DNA of 56,752 bases, the filler included, from Sluysia triapertura (lineage: Eukaryota), in the NCBI GenBank assembly GCA_046118255.1. It is 4 parts of 4 records of this genome, joined end to end, with 100 filler letters (N's around TTAATTAATTAA, not from the genome) between each part and the next. Parts side by side here need not be neighbours in the genome. Positions count along the whole stretch, not along the records: positions 1 to 17,202 come from JBJNIA010191051.1; positions 17,303 to 30,751 come from JBJNIA010039140.1; 2 more parts are not named here. One strand, 5' to 3'. The translations under genes and the position numbers were made by a program. The notes beneath the pieces are model-generated. The model did not search any database. It worked only from the letters and a program-made list of their open reading frames with translations, and was not told the origin of the DNA. Positions 12,115-26,279 of this stretch are shown here, piece after piece (within the stretch, counting starts at the first letter, position 1; each line of letters begins with the position of its first letter).

Positions 12115-12790
12115 AGAATAAAATAGGATTTTAACGTGAGTCCACCAACGTACTAGGCTTACCAGTTAGGGCTAGCCGTTGGATTTGTAGGTAAAAGATT
12201 TTGAAGTAAAGTTTAGAACGATTTTCTAAAACGTGCTTGGTTTTAATATTCTTAGCTTAACAACTTTACTGTTAATTTTCAAATTTAGTAATTTAGGCTA
12301 AGTTCTGGAGGTATAAATGAAAATTAATATAAGTTATCTCTATTTTTAAGTTTCTAAATGATTAAAGCAAAGAGAAATAATTTATAAAGTATTTTACGAA
12401 GATCCTATGAAAAGGATCTATAAAAATGATTTTACGTGATTAGAATTAAATTCTAATAGTTGAAAGCTTTATTCTACTGAATATTTTATAATTGAAACTA
12501 TAAAATTTAATAATAAAAAAATGAATTTTTAAAAATTTTTAATATACAATGGTCAGTTTTTACAATGTTACAAATACAAAAAATATATAGCAAGGAATTA
12601 GTTTTAAATCCTAAATTAATGGAATTTTAATATTGATTTTACGGAAGATCTATTATAAGATCTTTTATAAACAATTTACAAAAATGATTTTTAGTTGATT
12701 TTGCGGGATATATATGGTATATCCGTAACTTAATATAATAAACTAACGTATTATTGAATCGAAAATTTACAAAAATTTACAGAATCTGGT
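12115..12790 (+). mobile_element. AGAATAA-ended interspersed repeat, copy 2
   Basis: Same core as copy 1 (gtgagtccaccaacgtactaggcttaccagttagggctagccgttggattt), tctggaggt motif, then agatc...gatct dyads; right boundary approximate. Confidence 0.75.
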
Positions 12791-15700
12791 AAAACTTATA
12801 TTTGAAAACTGTGCTTAGAAATTATACTTGAAAAAATTGTGTTAAAAATTGTGAGTGTTTATTAAAACTTTCAACTACAAATATTTGATTAAAACAAAAT
12901 GTTTTATTTAATTTATGGAAACAAAATAATTTAAAATTTTATAATTAATATTAATGCTTACGTTAGTTTATCCAAAAGAATTAAATAATAATAATTCCAA
13001 AAATAATAATAATTCCAAAAATAATAATAATCCAAATATTAAATCACAAGTTACAAAATTAAAAAATAAAAATCAATAAATAATTACAATATATTAAAAA
13101 ATCAATGTTATTATAAGAACCAATTATTATATGTATATTTATTACGTTTAAACAAAATCAATTATATGTATGTATGTTATGTACGTTCGTCACACATATG
13201 TTCGTACCATATCAATTCTATGCCATATGTTTCTAGTATTTTATCTTTACATATTCATATTTATTAATAGCTTTTTTCAACGGAAACGTGTTTGACTTCT
13301 GGTGGTTGTTGTAAATCTAGTTATTTGTTTGTTTTCCGTTTTTATATTCTTGACGTTGTCATCTAGAGGAAATGACAACGTCAGATTACACTACACAATC
13401 ATCCATGCAATCAAAAAAATGAATAAAATACAAATACAATCGCAAGAATAATACCAAAACATACTTTTGGTAGTAGTAAGATATTGGTGAGAATAGTAAG
13501 AGCAGTAACATTATTAATCTAGATGATGAAATGGAATATTGGGGAAATGTTATCAATAATTATATCGAACTTTTAGACTAGAGAACAATGTTAATTAAAG
13601 TGAAAAATAAATTTGATCAATTCCAAAATGAAACCAAATAAAATCTTTCGAAACTGTAAAAAGAAAATCACATTTCAAACAAAATATTACCAAATAGCAA
13701 TGAAATGCCTCCTAACATATTACAAGTCAATCTCTATAACCTGCGAATTTGAAATATGAAAATAAAATTGATGAAAATTATGAAACAATAAACCATTTAA
13801 ATCCTCCATCACTATTTCGTTTTATATGATCGCTTTTATTGATCGCTTAAAATAAAATCTTAATTTTATCAGAGTTAATGATATTTATTTATATAATTTA
13901 TTGTGATTTATTTTCATTATATAATAATTATTTTAAAAAAATAATTTATGCAAGATATAATAATAATCACTTATAATAATCAATAAGAGAAATGTTAATT
14001 GAAACACTTTAATAATGATAATTTGGATATTAATCTTATTGAATCGTATTCAATTTATTTCTGTTAATCCTCATGATTTAATCATGTTAAAAAATGGAAG
14101 TTGTATGGGTTTGTTTAGTTTAGTCGAAAAAACCAAACCATAATTTAGATTTTTTATTATTTTATGAAAATATTTGTCAATGTAATTATAGACGTAATTA
14201 TCATTTTAATAAAACCAAAATATTTTTAGATAGTATTGAATGAATTTTGTATAATGTAATTTACAAAGAAGCAGAAATCAATTTTACTGAAACTGTTTAT
14301 AATTTTGGCGATGGGATATAATTGTTAAATTTAATAAATACTTTAAAATTTTCAAATTTAATAAGAATATTATTTTTGATTTTAATTATATATTTAGAAA
14401 AGAATAAATTAACTGGATTATAAAAAAACTCTAGCCGTAAGGCCTTTTAAAATATTCAAACACTTTACGAAGTTTAAAAAAACAAATTAAACTGCTCAAA
14501 AACAACTTTTTAAACAAAAGTGAATTAATAAAATATAACTATTAATGTACGTACGGATGTGAAATGAAGAAGATAGCATAGATGACCAAGCGTATAAATG
14601 TTTTTATGAAAATTTCTTTGGGACGAATTATCGTAATTTCAGTATATATATAATTTATCGTTTTATATAATGCATTGGAATCTGTTTGACACTTGAAAAT
14701 CGCGTTACATTAATTCGAACAATAGGCATATAAAAACCAAACCATAAGGATTGCAGTGATCATTAATTCATAGATGATAATCTTTTAACATAATTTGTAA
14801 GGAAATTTAAATTGTAATATTTGTAAGTAATTATCGATTTTTTAATTGTGCCTTTTAGGCAATAAATTAATATTAAATTTTGTATATTTATTTTATTTTC
14901 AGGTACGATGGAAAAACAAACAGAAGTATTAGTGGTAGTAGTAGTAGTAGTACAATGTGTTAACATCTAGATGAATAAAATTTTTGGATCTCAGTATTTT
15001 TATCTATTATTTTACTTTACCGGAATTTTTTGGAGATGTTATTTCCAACATTTTACAACAATCATTTTATACTCTTGTATTATACACTTTTGATTAACAG
15101 TTTCACAGTACCCTTGAAAAATTGTGAATTTTATCACAAAAATGTTCTTTAGTCTACTAATTTGGTCATGATTAGAATCCAGTACATGACGAGAGAAACC
15201 TGAACGAATTCCACTGTTCAGATTATTATAACAATGTAACAAATTATATTTCATATTTACATCAAATTCATGATTGAGTTATACAATGTATAATATTGAT
15301 ATAAAATCTAATTTGAGGGATGAACAAGAATGCGGAGCTGATACAGACTAAAATCATAATGGATAAGCAATGTCGATAAAATAATAAAATACGAAAAGAA
15401 AATATGAAAAAAATAAACACGCATACAAAAGTGCAAACATATTTACATAATTAAATATAAGCATGCATTCAAACAAAACGGAAGTGAAAAAGTAAGATAG
15501 AATAATTTTGACAATAATAAAATTTATAATGATAACAATTATAAAAATGAAGTTTAAATTGAATTGTTACGCAGTTTAACGTGATAATGTTGATGTAGTT
15601 ACGAAGATATGAAATTACCATGAAAGTTATTATTGTGATAGAGGTTATGGTAACAATAAGCAAATTATTGATAACTATAAACAATGACTATATGTGTTTT

Positions 15701-17108
15701 TTAAATGACACAAGTAATTTATTTAGTTTTTTGTTTACGTAAAAAATGTTCATGTGTTTATAATTTTGATGTGAAGATGTGTAGTTCCCTAAAATAATAA
15801 TTCAAATGTCGATTTAATTCAATTGCACAGTATAATATTAGATAATATATGTATTAGATGTCAACATTAAAAAACTACCATTAATGGCACAAGCCAAATC
15901 AGCATTCTTAGTGATAAATTAAGCCAATATTGACATTAAAAATGTACAGAAGCAGAAACCTTGCGAGTTTTTGGAAATGAATGGGATCTACCTATTCCAA
16001 AATTTTATGCCTTTGTCAGGATAATTGATTGTCACATAGATTCTAAGATAATAATATATTAAATTAAATAACCGGAAAATTCAGCATGCGGTTATCTAAA
16101 AATTAAATAATTTATGTGAATACTAACCTGCTTCGTACCAGTAAAACAATTTTTATCTAGAATAAAATAAAATAATTATTTGGGAAATACAATACTTACT
16201 GATAGCTTGATTATTTTCATATAAATGCCTCAATAAAAATTCAAGAATTATTAGTGATTACATTGCTGGTTAAAAGTAAAATTGGAATTTTAGTACGTCA
16301 TTATTATATCCATTCCCCAACAATTTGGCAATACTTTATAAAGCATCAGGTAATCGACTATAATCGTTGACTAGACGGTTCAATATTGGTATTACTTTCA
16401 AGACGGTGATAGTAGTACACAAATTAATTGACGAATTACACTATACTTTGTGGCGTTAACATTAATTCGGATTATTTATAGTTCCAGCTATTAGTTCAGT
16501 TAATCATTGTTCCATTTAATTCCTATTCATTCAATTGTTACAGTTCCTTTCTACTTGCTAAAGCGTTGAACAGTTTAATAACTTAATTTTATTATCCACT
16601 TTGTCAAGTTATCAGTAAGTTACTTGTACTAAGTTTAATTTCCATTAGGAATTATAATTTTTGACGAAAAATCTTTTAATTTTTTAATTTAACTTTTAAA
16701 ATTTTTCTTTAAATAACACCAGATGGAATTCTCGAGATAATATTTTATATTTTGATTATTTTATATATTATTTCATACTAATTATAACTTTTCAATTAAC
16801 GTTTGTATTTATTAGTTTTATGCTTTGTTTTTATTAATAAACCTTAGTGTTCTTTACTTCTTTATTTATTTGAGTAAAAAAGAAATGTAAAACCTAAACT
16901 GAAAAAGATAATATTATCAACACAATTTCAACAAAAAAAAGAGTTATAACTATTGAATAAGATAATTATAAAGTTATTAAGATTGTTTAGAATTGATTAA
17001 GTAACCAATACCTAAAAAAGAACCGTATGATTTAAGAAAAGAATTATTAAAGTAAATAAGTTAAAGATAGTTTTAAGAAAAGATTTTTTATCTACACAAA
17101 GTTTAGGC

Positions 17109-17202
17109 CAGTGATGGCGAACCTATGACCCACGCAACGATTTCAAGTGACCCACAAGTTGTTTTATTTTTTTCCAACAAATTCCAAATTTTTTTAAATG
17201 TT
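17109..17202 (+). mobile_element. hAT (Charlie-type) left end truncated by gap
   Basis: CAGTGATGGCGAACCT terminus preceded by 8-bp GTTTAGGC, resembling Charlie-type target sites. Confidence 0.65.
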
Positions 17203-17302
17203 NNNNNNNNNNNNNNNNNNNNNNNNNNNNNNNNNNNNNNNNNNNNTTAATTAATTAANNNNNNNNNNNNNNNNNNNNNNNNNNNNNNNNNNNNNNNNNN
17301 NN
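17203..17302. other. Assembly gap with artificial TTAATTAATTAA linker
   Basis: 100-nt N block with a central six-frame-stop linker. Confidence 0.97.
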
Positions 17303-17324
17303 AAAACAAAAAAATTATCTCTAA

Positions 17325-17496
17325 CCCTTTGCGGTCCTATTTAAAACAAAATTTTCACAATTAAACTCCTGACCCAAAAAACATACCCAAATCGTATTTA
17401 AATTATTTATTTATTGATTTAATTACGTTATGTTATATTTATGTAATATAACAAAATTGCAATGCCGGGGCTGCCCCGACAGTGGATCGCAAAGGG
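17325..17496. mobile_element. piggyBac-type MITE (172 bp)
   Basis: TIRs CCCTTTGCGGTCC / GGATCGCAAAGGG (12/13), flanked by cTAA and TTAA. Confidence 0.85.
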
Positions 17497-19349
17497 TTAA
17501 AGGGTTTACTATCTTTATTCATAACTTGAAGATATTATCTTTATTCATTATTAAATGTTTACAAACGGTATAATTTCACGAAGCACAAACTTCAAAATAG
17601 ACGTTAATTGCTTTAAAGATTTTTAATTTATTATATTTATCAATAATTTAGAGACAGTTGTCTTTAATCATTCTTGAATTTTCAGATAATATAACAATCT
17701 TTTTATATTTATGTTTAGGTTTTTGAGTTATTGACCTTTATTATTATGTGAGTTCCACGTCAATGAAATTCATCAGCATTTGAATGTAAATAAGTTCGGT
17801 ATCTGTTGAAATCGAGCAATAAATAAGTTAATCTGAAAGCATGAGCCCATAACTTTATGTAAAAGAGCTTCATTCGCACAAAACCGTGTAATGTTCCTTA
17901 AGAGAAATATTGTGTGGCTTCTCATCGAGATTTATATCGTTTTCGTTGATTAGTCTCGATACATCTTAGGTATTTCTACTAGACACTTGTAAAATAAAAT
18001 TCATTAGAATCAATTCGACGTTTTCCAATTTTTCATTATTAAAATCATCACTTAGTTCATATTCAGTCGAAAAATCACCCGATACACCAAAATCAGTTGC
18101 TTTTCTATCTGATTGTTATTTTTGGTTCTTTAATACCATGTTTTGGAATATAACATTTATTAAGTTTTGAAACATCACAATCATTAAACGTAATTTTTTG
18201 AATGTTTATTCATTTTTGCCAATAAATTTAATTAATATAATATAAAAACAAATAATAAATTTTATTTAAATTAAGCTTTTAGCAAAATTTCATGAAATTT
18301 TTAATAAAATCAAAATTAAGCAATTTAATAATGAAATAGGTGTAAACTGAAAAAGGGAAAGTAGGATGGTGAAAAATGGAATGTGAATTTACTATTAAAT
18401 GTGATTATTCTATTTTTAAGTTTAAGAAGGTTTTGAATCGCTGTAATTAGTTTATTTTCGAGTGGCTTATTATCCAGAAACCGATATTATATTCGTTCTA
18501 TTGTTAAGTAAAGTGAAATCTGAACAATACTAAAAGAAGCCTGAGATAACAAAATCTAACTATAACAGTCATATAAGCAAAATAAGTCACAACAAATATA
18601 TAACTGTATAGATTACTAAACAAATGAATACGTAACCTTTGAGGCTTTCAATAAACATAAGAATTTATCAGTTTTAAAATATTTTATAACTTTTCACATT
18701 TTAATATTCGCGAATTTTTTTAAATCAACATTAATACTAAATATAGCCGTATCTTTCTGTAGCTTGAGCCCAAATTTTGAAATCAAAGCTTATTCCAAGT
18801 AATAATTGTCTCTTTGGAAATTAGTGTCCTAGTTCAGGATCTTTGTGGTGTATTTGTTGTGGTCCTACGAATTATTAAATGTAATTGAACACATTATAAA
18901 TAATACTTAATGCGCAATCTATTTTCTTTAATAAAGATCACTAGATTATAAATTAAACCAACAATTTGAATATAAGCTCATTGATGCGAATTTTATACAT
19001 ACCTTTTATTTTCAATTTACCACAGAATTTCGCCTGATCTTAATCAATTTGCTCAAATAATTAGCTTTAAATAATTCTTGTGTTTAAATGAAATTGTGAA
19101 ACTAATATACAAACTATCTATTAGAAATTACAATACCAATAGGATGTACCTTGTATGGAAATTTATGTTAGGTGGTAAACAAAATGCATCCAAATAAAGT
19201 TTTTAAGTAGTTGTTTATATTTGTTATTATCTATTTTAATACAATGGACCCATTAAATAAGAAATCAATCTAAATTTTTGAAATATCAATTTTTACTAAT
19301 GATTTATCGTTTTATTAGAAAACTATAATTCTATAGAATATTAAATCTA

Positions 19350-19814
19350 TTGGACAATCGATTTGAATTTTCAGAATCTATAAACGGTAACACAACATCT
19401 ACTCTCGGGGCAGCAGCATCATCAAACTCTTCAACACATCCATTATTACAAAATACTTGTACACTTCAACGTTCTCTGTCAACTCCATCTAATTCATCGC
19501 ATGCTTCTGCTACTTTACACGGCACGCATTGTCATCAACATCAATATCATGCTCAAGGATCGAATTTGCACCCAATATCACAAGTTCAATTTCATCCCTG
19601 GAATGCTAATCAAGAGAGCATTGGTAATACATCACCACTTAATACATCCATCGGAGTTGCTAATGGTAATAACTTTAATGATCATGAATGTATTGATAAT
19701 AATATTTTAATCACCACTACTCACTCATCATTGTTCGTTGAAGATCGTCCAAGTGATGATGAAGAAGACACGGATGCTGATTCAGATGATGGTTTGCCAC
19801 ATATAACAATGTAA
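19350..19814 (+). CDS. Probable exon encoding a Ser/His/Asn-rich, acidic-tailed disordered region
   Basis: 154-codon open frame, visibly GC-richer than flanks, AG acceptors just upstream; no family recognised. Confidence 0.5.
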   Translation: MDNRFEFSESINGNTTSTLGAAASSNSSTHPLLQNTCTLQRSLSTPSNSSHASATLHGTHCHQHQYHAQGSNLHPISQVQFHPWNANQESIGNTSPLNTSIGVANGNNFNDHECIDNNILITTTHSSLFVEDRPSDDEEDTDADSDDGLPHITM

Positions 19815-20995
19815 TAATTGTTAAATGTATTTCTTTCATTGTAGATTTATGAATGCATTTATTACAAAAGAAAGATTATATTTAAATTGGAATATGTTGT
19901 GGAATAAATAAATATAACAATACGAATTGAGTTTTTACATTGATAATTTAAGTATATATATATTTATTGATTTTATTTTATCAAAATTATAATATATAGT
20001 TCATTTGTTATTTATATGCAGCTGAGAGTAATAATTAGAATAAATGATTAAGTTCAAGTATTTAGTAAATGTTTCGATTTTGAACACACTGAACTAAGTT
20101 ACTCAGTTTTCAATAACTAGGAGTCTGTCGGTCTCTTTAAAATAACTACTAACACTACGTATTACATGAATGTAAATCCGTAGAACATTTTCATTTACCG
20201 AAAATTTATAATTGTAACAATTTTTTATAATCTTTATTTATATTAATGTAAAAATTTGTCTTGGCTTCTAAGCCTTTAGAAATTTATACTTATCTCTTCT
20301 TTAAATCTATATCAATTTTAAATAAGTCTGAATATTGTTTTATTTTGGTAGTGTTGGATTAAAATAAAAATAAATTGAATTTGAATTTATAAAATTATTT
20401 TTTAGTAGATCTGAGTGTATTTGTGTATACTTTATGAAACTTGATCTTCTTTTAAAATTTAAGATAAATTTCATAACATCTTTACTGATACTATTAATGT
20501 TATGTTGACTAAAAGTGAAACATTCAATAACACAACATAACTTATGAACAAATTATACAAATGAATAAAGAAAGTATAAGTAAATACAAAATTTTTATCG
20601 AACATAAAGATAAAAACTTAATTTTGTCACTGTATCTTCGTGTAAACCAATCTACTGCACTTCAAAAGGATCATCTAAAGAAAAATGAATATATAATTTA
20701 TAGAATAAGAGAAAATTTTACGTTTTTAGATTCTCTGTTATGACCATTGAATTCATTATTTCTATTCACTAAATACTTATTGTATAACTTTCGTAATTGT
20801 AGGTATGGATGTATAACTCTAGTTTTAATTTTATATTCTCTTATATCGTTTATTGTAATAATTCTGAATATACGGGTGATCTGATTCTAACAATATTTCA
20901 AGATCACTGGTTATATATAATTCGATATATATTTTAAGAAAGATAGTATGCATAGGTACTGATGATCTGCATACTACATGTGAAACTCTAGTTAA

Positions 20996-22205
20996 TTAAT
21001 TTGCATTCACACAATCAAAACAATGCAATTCTAAAAATTGATTACTGAAACATGGAGGTTCGTAGCTACAATACTCATCCGTACTTTTAAATAGTTTAAT
21101 ACTCTTCAACTTTCGTTTTCGTGTCTGAACTATTTCTAAATGAATTAACTTAATTCGAGCACGAAAACGTGATTCATGATTATAAGATTGTTTAAAACAT
21201 CTGCACATGGATGTAAAGAAATAACGAAGATTGATCATTACACTTAACTAAATACATCTAGTAAACTTTTCAACCAAATGACACATTAATTTACTAATAC
21301 AACGAAATAGGTATGATTTCGAATTGATACTACTAAATAAATTACAGTAACTGGAACTTACAAGACATTGACGTTGAGAAACAGGTTCCATAAAATTATG
21401 ATGTTCTAGATTTTGAATTAGTGCTGACCGAATTCTAATATCAACAATTATAACAAAATTTAATTTCAATCTTTCTAATGCATAAAGATTGTAAATGTAA
21501 AACAGCATCAAAATAGACTTATAACTATCAAGTGAATCAACTGGTTTATTATTTGAAAACGTAAACGAATATACTCCCGATATAGCGATTACATTAAGAT
21601 CAACATATTTGTAAGCCTTACAGCCTTCTTGATAACTGGGCATAAACAACAACGCTTTATATTTATTAATTGTAATAACTGAAGACAAATCGTTATTCAT
21701 TTTATCTAAGTAGACAGTCTTAATAGTATATAAAATTGATACCGATATGTTTTGGAGTTGACTTCGTTTATCAAAATCTGCATTTACAATTTGTTTTCGT
21801 ATAATATCATATTATAGACTATACATTCAGTACAATATAATCGCCATATATCATTTGAAATTAGAGCAGTTAAAATTCTCGATTTAATGAGTTTTACGTT
21901 GAACTTTAATCTTAATTTCCGAATTCCGTTCTGATTTACAATTGATAGAGCATTGTGACTATTACTCATATGATAAGTAGGTGCTAATACTGATTTATCA
22001 TCACTAAAACATTGATCCTCTAACAAAATATTAGCAGCTAAAAAGGTTTTGCACAAATGCATATGCTGCTTGAATTATTGAACCAAAATGTTTCATTGTA
22101 TTATTCGACGATTAAAGTGTCGCTAGAATATTGACTAATTTCCAATAGGTTTGTGGTGGTTTGTGAATGCTTGACGAGTAGTAGATCAGACATGTTAGCA
22201 GACAT
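20996..22205 (-). pseudogene. Interrupted intronless ORF of the CCCH-like family, downstream of a stem-loop/CCAAT module
   Basis: Colinear minus-strand ORF pieces; C-terminal LEIVQTRK...STDEYCSYEPPC resembles LTEITERK...TGECCKYFKNC at 26.4 kb. Confidence 0.45.
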
Positions 22206-22299
22206 AAAAATATTCTTGTAAAGTTTTCTCTCTTCGTTGTTTTTGTGAATTATCTTGTAGAGATTTTAATTTTTTAATTCATTTTTCTAGATGATGACC

Positions 22300-22474
22300 G
22301 ATGATTGGTCATCCAATCAGAATAGTTTGTCTGCATACTAGTAAACTTCATTCTGGTTGGATGGCCAGTAATCTGTATGAAATTTTAATAAAATCGTCAT
22401 AGCGAGTGATTACCCATCATCAGTGTTGACACAAGTCTGATGACAGTAATGAACAATGTCAACAATGGTGATGG
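22300..22474 (-). promoter_or_regulatory. Stem-loop plus paired CCAAT-like boxes upstream of the 22.2-21.0 kb ORF
   Basis: Arms 22414-22431 and 22457-22474 pair 16/18; gattgg..ccaatcagaat and ttctggttggatggccag motifs; homologous to 55976-56115. Confidence 0.55.
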
Positions 22475-23292
22475 TAGTAACAACTTTTGTTGATCAATTT
22501 GATGAAATAAATGAAATAAATGAAATTTTATAATAATAATAATAGCAACAATAATGTTGTTATTATTATTTGTTATTTTAATAAGAAAATGTTTAAGAAA
22601 TGCACAAACTTCTTGTCTTCTTAACTTACAAGAACTTATTACCTCTTTCTTTAATTTCTAATCATATTTTAAAACTGATAATCTTTGAGTACAGATTAGT
22701 TTGAATGAATTTATATTTGTGATAAACGTTGTAAAGTATGATAGTATTTGTTATAGTGAAATGGAGAATGTTAGAATGGATTTTTAGATGGTGATTTAAG
22801 TTCTTGATTGAAGGTAATATTTGAATATTGAAAGATTGTGGCCATAAGATGAACTAAGAAGAGTGTGGCAGGGTAAATGTGAAAAGATAAACTACAATAC
22901 AGCTCTTGGTATATTTGAAATATTATTGTGCAATGTTTTATGTGATTTGTTTATTTATTGTGTTTGAATGGTATTGTATTGTGTTGTTGGTGACCGTGCA
23001 ATGATAAATGCAGAATTTAAGATGTTGTAATTGATTCGAAGATGCAAAGTAGATAATTTCAAATGTGGATATTATTTGGTTGTTAAAAATGTCGAGTTAC
23101 ATGTTTTCGATAGATTTGCTGGTGTAACTTGATGGTGTAAGATGAAATGTGGTTTGTGTATTATAAGATTATGGCTTAGTTTAGGTAGGTGAACTGTTTT
23201 GTAAGTGTAGAGGAAGTACGTTTGAGAATATCAGAGTGTTGAAGGTTTAATTAATTTTTTTTGAAATATAATAGTTATAAAGGTGGCCCACT

Positions 23293-23617
23293 GATTAAAG
23301 GTTCGGTTTCAGAACCTAATTAAAATCATTGAAAATAAAATCTAAGGTTCAATTTTAGAACCTCATCAAAATAACTAATTAAATCTTAAAAGGTTCAATT
23401 TAAGAACCTGATTAAATTACTGACTATTAAAATTCATCTCTTTTTTACATTTAGGAAAAATATTATACTACAATTTTATGACCTCCAGATTTGATTAGAC
23501 ATTCAAGTACTTATACGTTTTGACATACAGATAGAATCCTTTCGCTTAAATCCAACAGCTAGCCCTAACTGATAAGCCTAGCACGTTGGTGGACTCACCT
23601 TAAGTTTGCTTTATTCT
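23293..23617 (-). mobile_element. AGAATAA-ended repeat, copy 3, with three 46-bp units
   Basis: Core motif on the minus strand at 23548-23598; AGGTTC-N7-GAACCT dyads at 23299, 23345 and 23391. Confidence 0.75.
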
Positions 23618-23639
23618 GTTAGGTTAAGAAAAAATCACA

Positions 23640-23828
23640 GCAATTATGAATTTCAGTTAATTGAAATGAATGTACTAGATTTAATGGTTTGAATGAAAGT
23701 ATAATTTTAATGTTTTGAAATGTAAACAGGTTTTAATGGATTTGGAAAAAATAGGATATAAAATATAAGAAAATGTGATATTTCATGTGAAGTGGTAATT
23801 TGAATTTTAAGTGAAAAGGTGGACCACC
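23640..23828 (-). repeat. C/A-skewed arm beginning GGTGGTCCACC, homologous to 26740-26900
   Basis: ggtggtccaccttttcacttaaaattcaaatt...aatatcacatttt vs ggtggccaaccttttcattcaaaatttaaatc...aatatcacatttc. Confidence 0.7.
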
Positions 23829-26058
23829 AGATCCTTAATAGTAAAACTTAAGTAATTAAAGCAATATGTAAATTTATTTGTAATAATCTAGAAGACAAAT
23901 CGATTAACTCATACAGTATCAATAAAAGCATAAACCGAGCTTTTATCATCAATTATTTGATATTTTATTATTATATCGATAATCAAAACTTTTACCTGTA
24001 CTTGAGCATTAACCTTAGCATGATGGAACAACTTCTTTTGAAGTTCATCAGCGTCTCTCTGAAGACTCTGTCCATTACACCTGCTTTGGATACCCTTGTC
24101 TCAAAATTAAAACCGTCACGCTCCACTTACTTCTGATTACATTCCATGAATCTTACTAACTTGAAGATACATTTTTCAATATACGGCATATTTACATATA
24201 TTTCAAACATGATCATCACCATCTATCATCATCAATACTCTACAGACCATAGCGGCCTGGTAATTCAGCATTATACCAATGCTATCATCAAACTATAACC
24301 TTAACCTCAAAATTACCATCATTTCCATAATTATTCTGAAATAGGTGATTTCGTAAAGTTTTGTTTTTTTGAAATTTTAATTCGTTTAGCGGATGCTTGC
24401 GCAGATGTCATCCAAGATAAATTTTTACATGTGCATGTTGCTTATGTAGTAATACCAAGTTATAAAATTATCACATGACGATTATGACATTGTCAATAGA
24501 AAAATAATGTTTTAATGTATTTATTAACATCAAACATGGCGTATAAGTAACAATAACAATTTGAAAAATTATTGAATTTCTCTTTATTAAAACAAAAATA
24601 AAAATTGTTGATTGAAAATAAAATAATAATAATATAAAATAATGATAATGGGGTAGAAATTTATTATTTTAATGCAGTAAGAAATATTATAAAATACAGC
24701 TACATCAAACTCGATTAACACAAATTAGATATATTTTACATACAACATTTGTAGTACAAATTCAAAGCACCTGCTTTATTAATACAGTTTAAAATAAGAT
24801 AATCATTTACATTATAGAAAACTGTTTGCAAAATAAAAGTGATCTGTTCGTTTACTTGACTAGTAATATTTTCTTCACAATTTGTATTTTTTATGTTCTT
24901 ATTTTCATACTCTACGTTTTTTATTTGAAATAGTACCTGAAACAGTTTCAAATTTATCGTTATTTTAAATATTCTATTTATCTCATTTACAAAAATCACT
25001 TTGTAAATCAATTATACATTTATGTAAATTTTGTTGTTTTGTATATTTAGTTACTGTATTTGAAATAAAAGTACTTTGACACAAACACATTTTAGAGTGA
25101 CGTCTATATAGCCACTCGAGATGATAAAATGTAGAAATTAACAATAGTAGTAGTACAGTAAGCTTTCTACTGGTAACAAATAATAACGAAATTAATTTTT
25201 CTGGACGATTAAAGTAAAACGTAAATGAGATAAAGTAAAACGTATTTAATGTTATGTGATAGTATAGTTTATACTTTTATTTTAAATTATCAAATTACAA
25301 CCCAATAACTAAACATATTCGGAATATCGATATATTCTTTAAAATATCACAATTATACAATGAAAATTCTTTTATAATGGTACACTTCTATTATATAAAT
25401 AAAACTAAATTTCCTTTTAATGAAATGTCTTCAATATATAATTCTATTATTACTTCAAAGTTACAAATCTCTAAATATTAAAAAATAACAAAACTTAAAT
25501 AAAATCAATAAATGTTGGCGACCGTATTAACAACACGAATAAAATAACAAATAAAATATACAAATTAGATTTTTCTAATACTTATTTTAGCCTATTGCTG
25601 AAGAATATGCTAAAGCTAAGAAATCTTCAATTTCTTCTTTGTTTTTTTGTTCTTATTTTTCTGCAAAAATATGACTGCTTATATAGCAGTTTGAATATCA
25701 TTTGGGAAATTGGACAAGACGGAAATTAATTTGTTTATATTTTAATGATTAAATTTCAACAGTAATTTCCGCTTTATCTTTTTAATTATCTAAAGATAAT
25801 GGGATTTGTGATAAATAATCATCTTATCTTTTCAACATCATTAAATGAAAATTTAATAGCATTATTAATTTATTAACTTAAATTAAGGATAAAATTAATG
25901 AAATAATAAATTTATTTTAAATAGAAATCTTTTGTATAATACGTTGTGCGTAAACCGTACGTCGCATGTCAAGTTCAATAATATATTTAAATTGGTACAT
26001 TCATGAGCATTAATTTAATATATACTTTACTTATACTTAAACATTGGAACATATTTAA

Positions 26059-26140
26059 CTTTAATTTTAAATTATAAAAATTAATTAACTAATTTTTACG
26101 TTATTTACGTCGACGTGCTTCGCAATACTTCATCATTATA
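26059..26140. repeat. Second copy of the repeat at 1-90
   Basis: Near identity apart from a short indel and a few substitutions. Confidence 0.85.
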
Positions 26141-26279
26141 CTAATCATTATACTGTGGTTTTTATTAAAATTTACGTGGAAACCTACGGCAAAATAGAAA
26201 ATGGTCGTCATTGACTTTAACATCTGGTATAGATAATTGCTGCAAATTGAAATTGATTCAAAGGTTCAATAAAAGAGCT

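Noticed and set aside
17247-17258. TTAATTAATTAA palindromes inside N-runs (also 30796 and 44028)
   Set aside because: Identical, centred in 100-nt gaps, stops in all six frames: a scaffolding linker, not biology.
23299-23409. CRISPR-like array of palindromic repeats
   Set aside because: Eukaryotic context, no cas genes, only three units, and the spacers resemble each other.
23548-23598. Hammerhead ribozyme in the AGAATAA core (CTGATAAG)
   Set aside because: Other copies read C(T/A)GGTAAG, and there is no GAAA or three-way junction.
25513-25530. TGGCGACCGT resembling a tRNA-Arg primer-binding site
   Set aside because: No LTR end before it and no gag-like frame after it.
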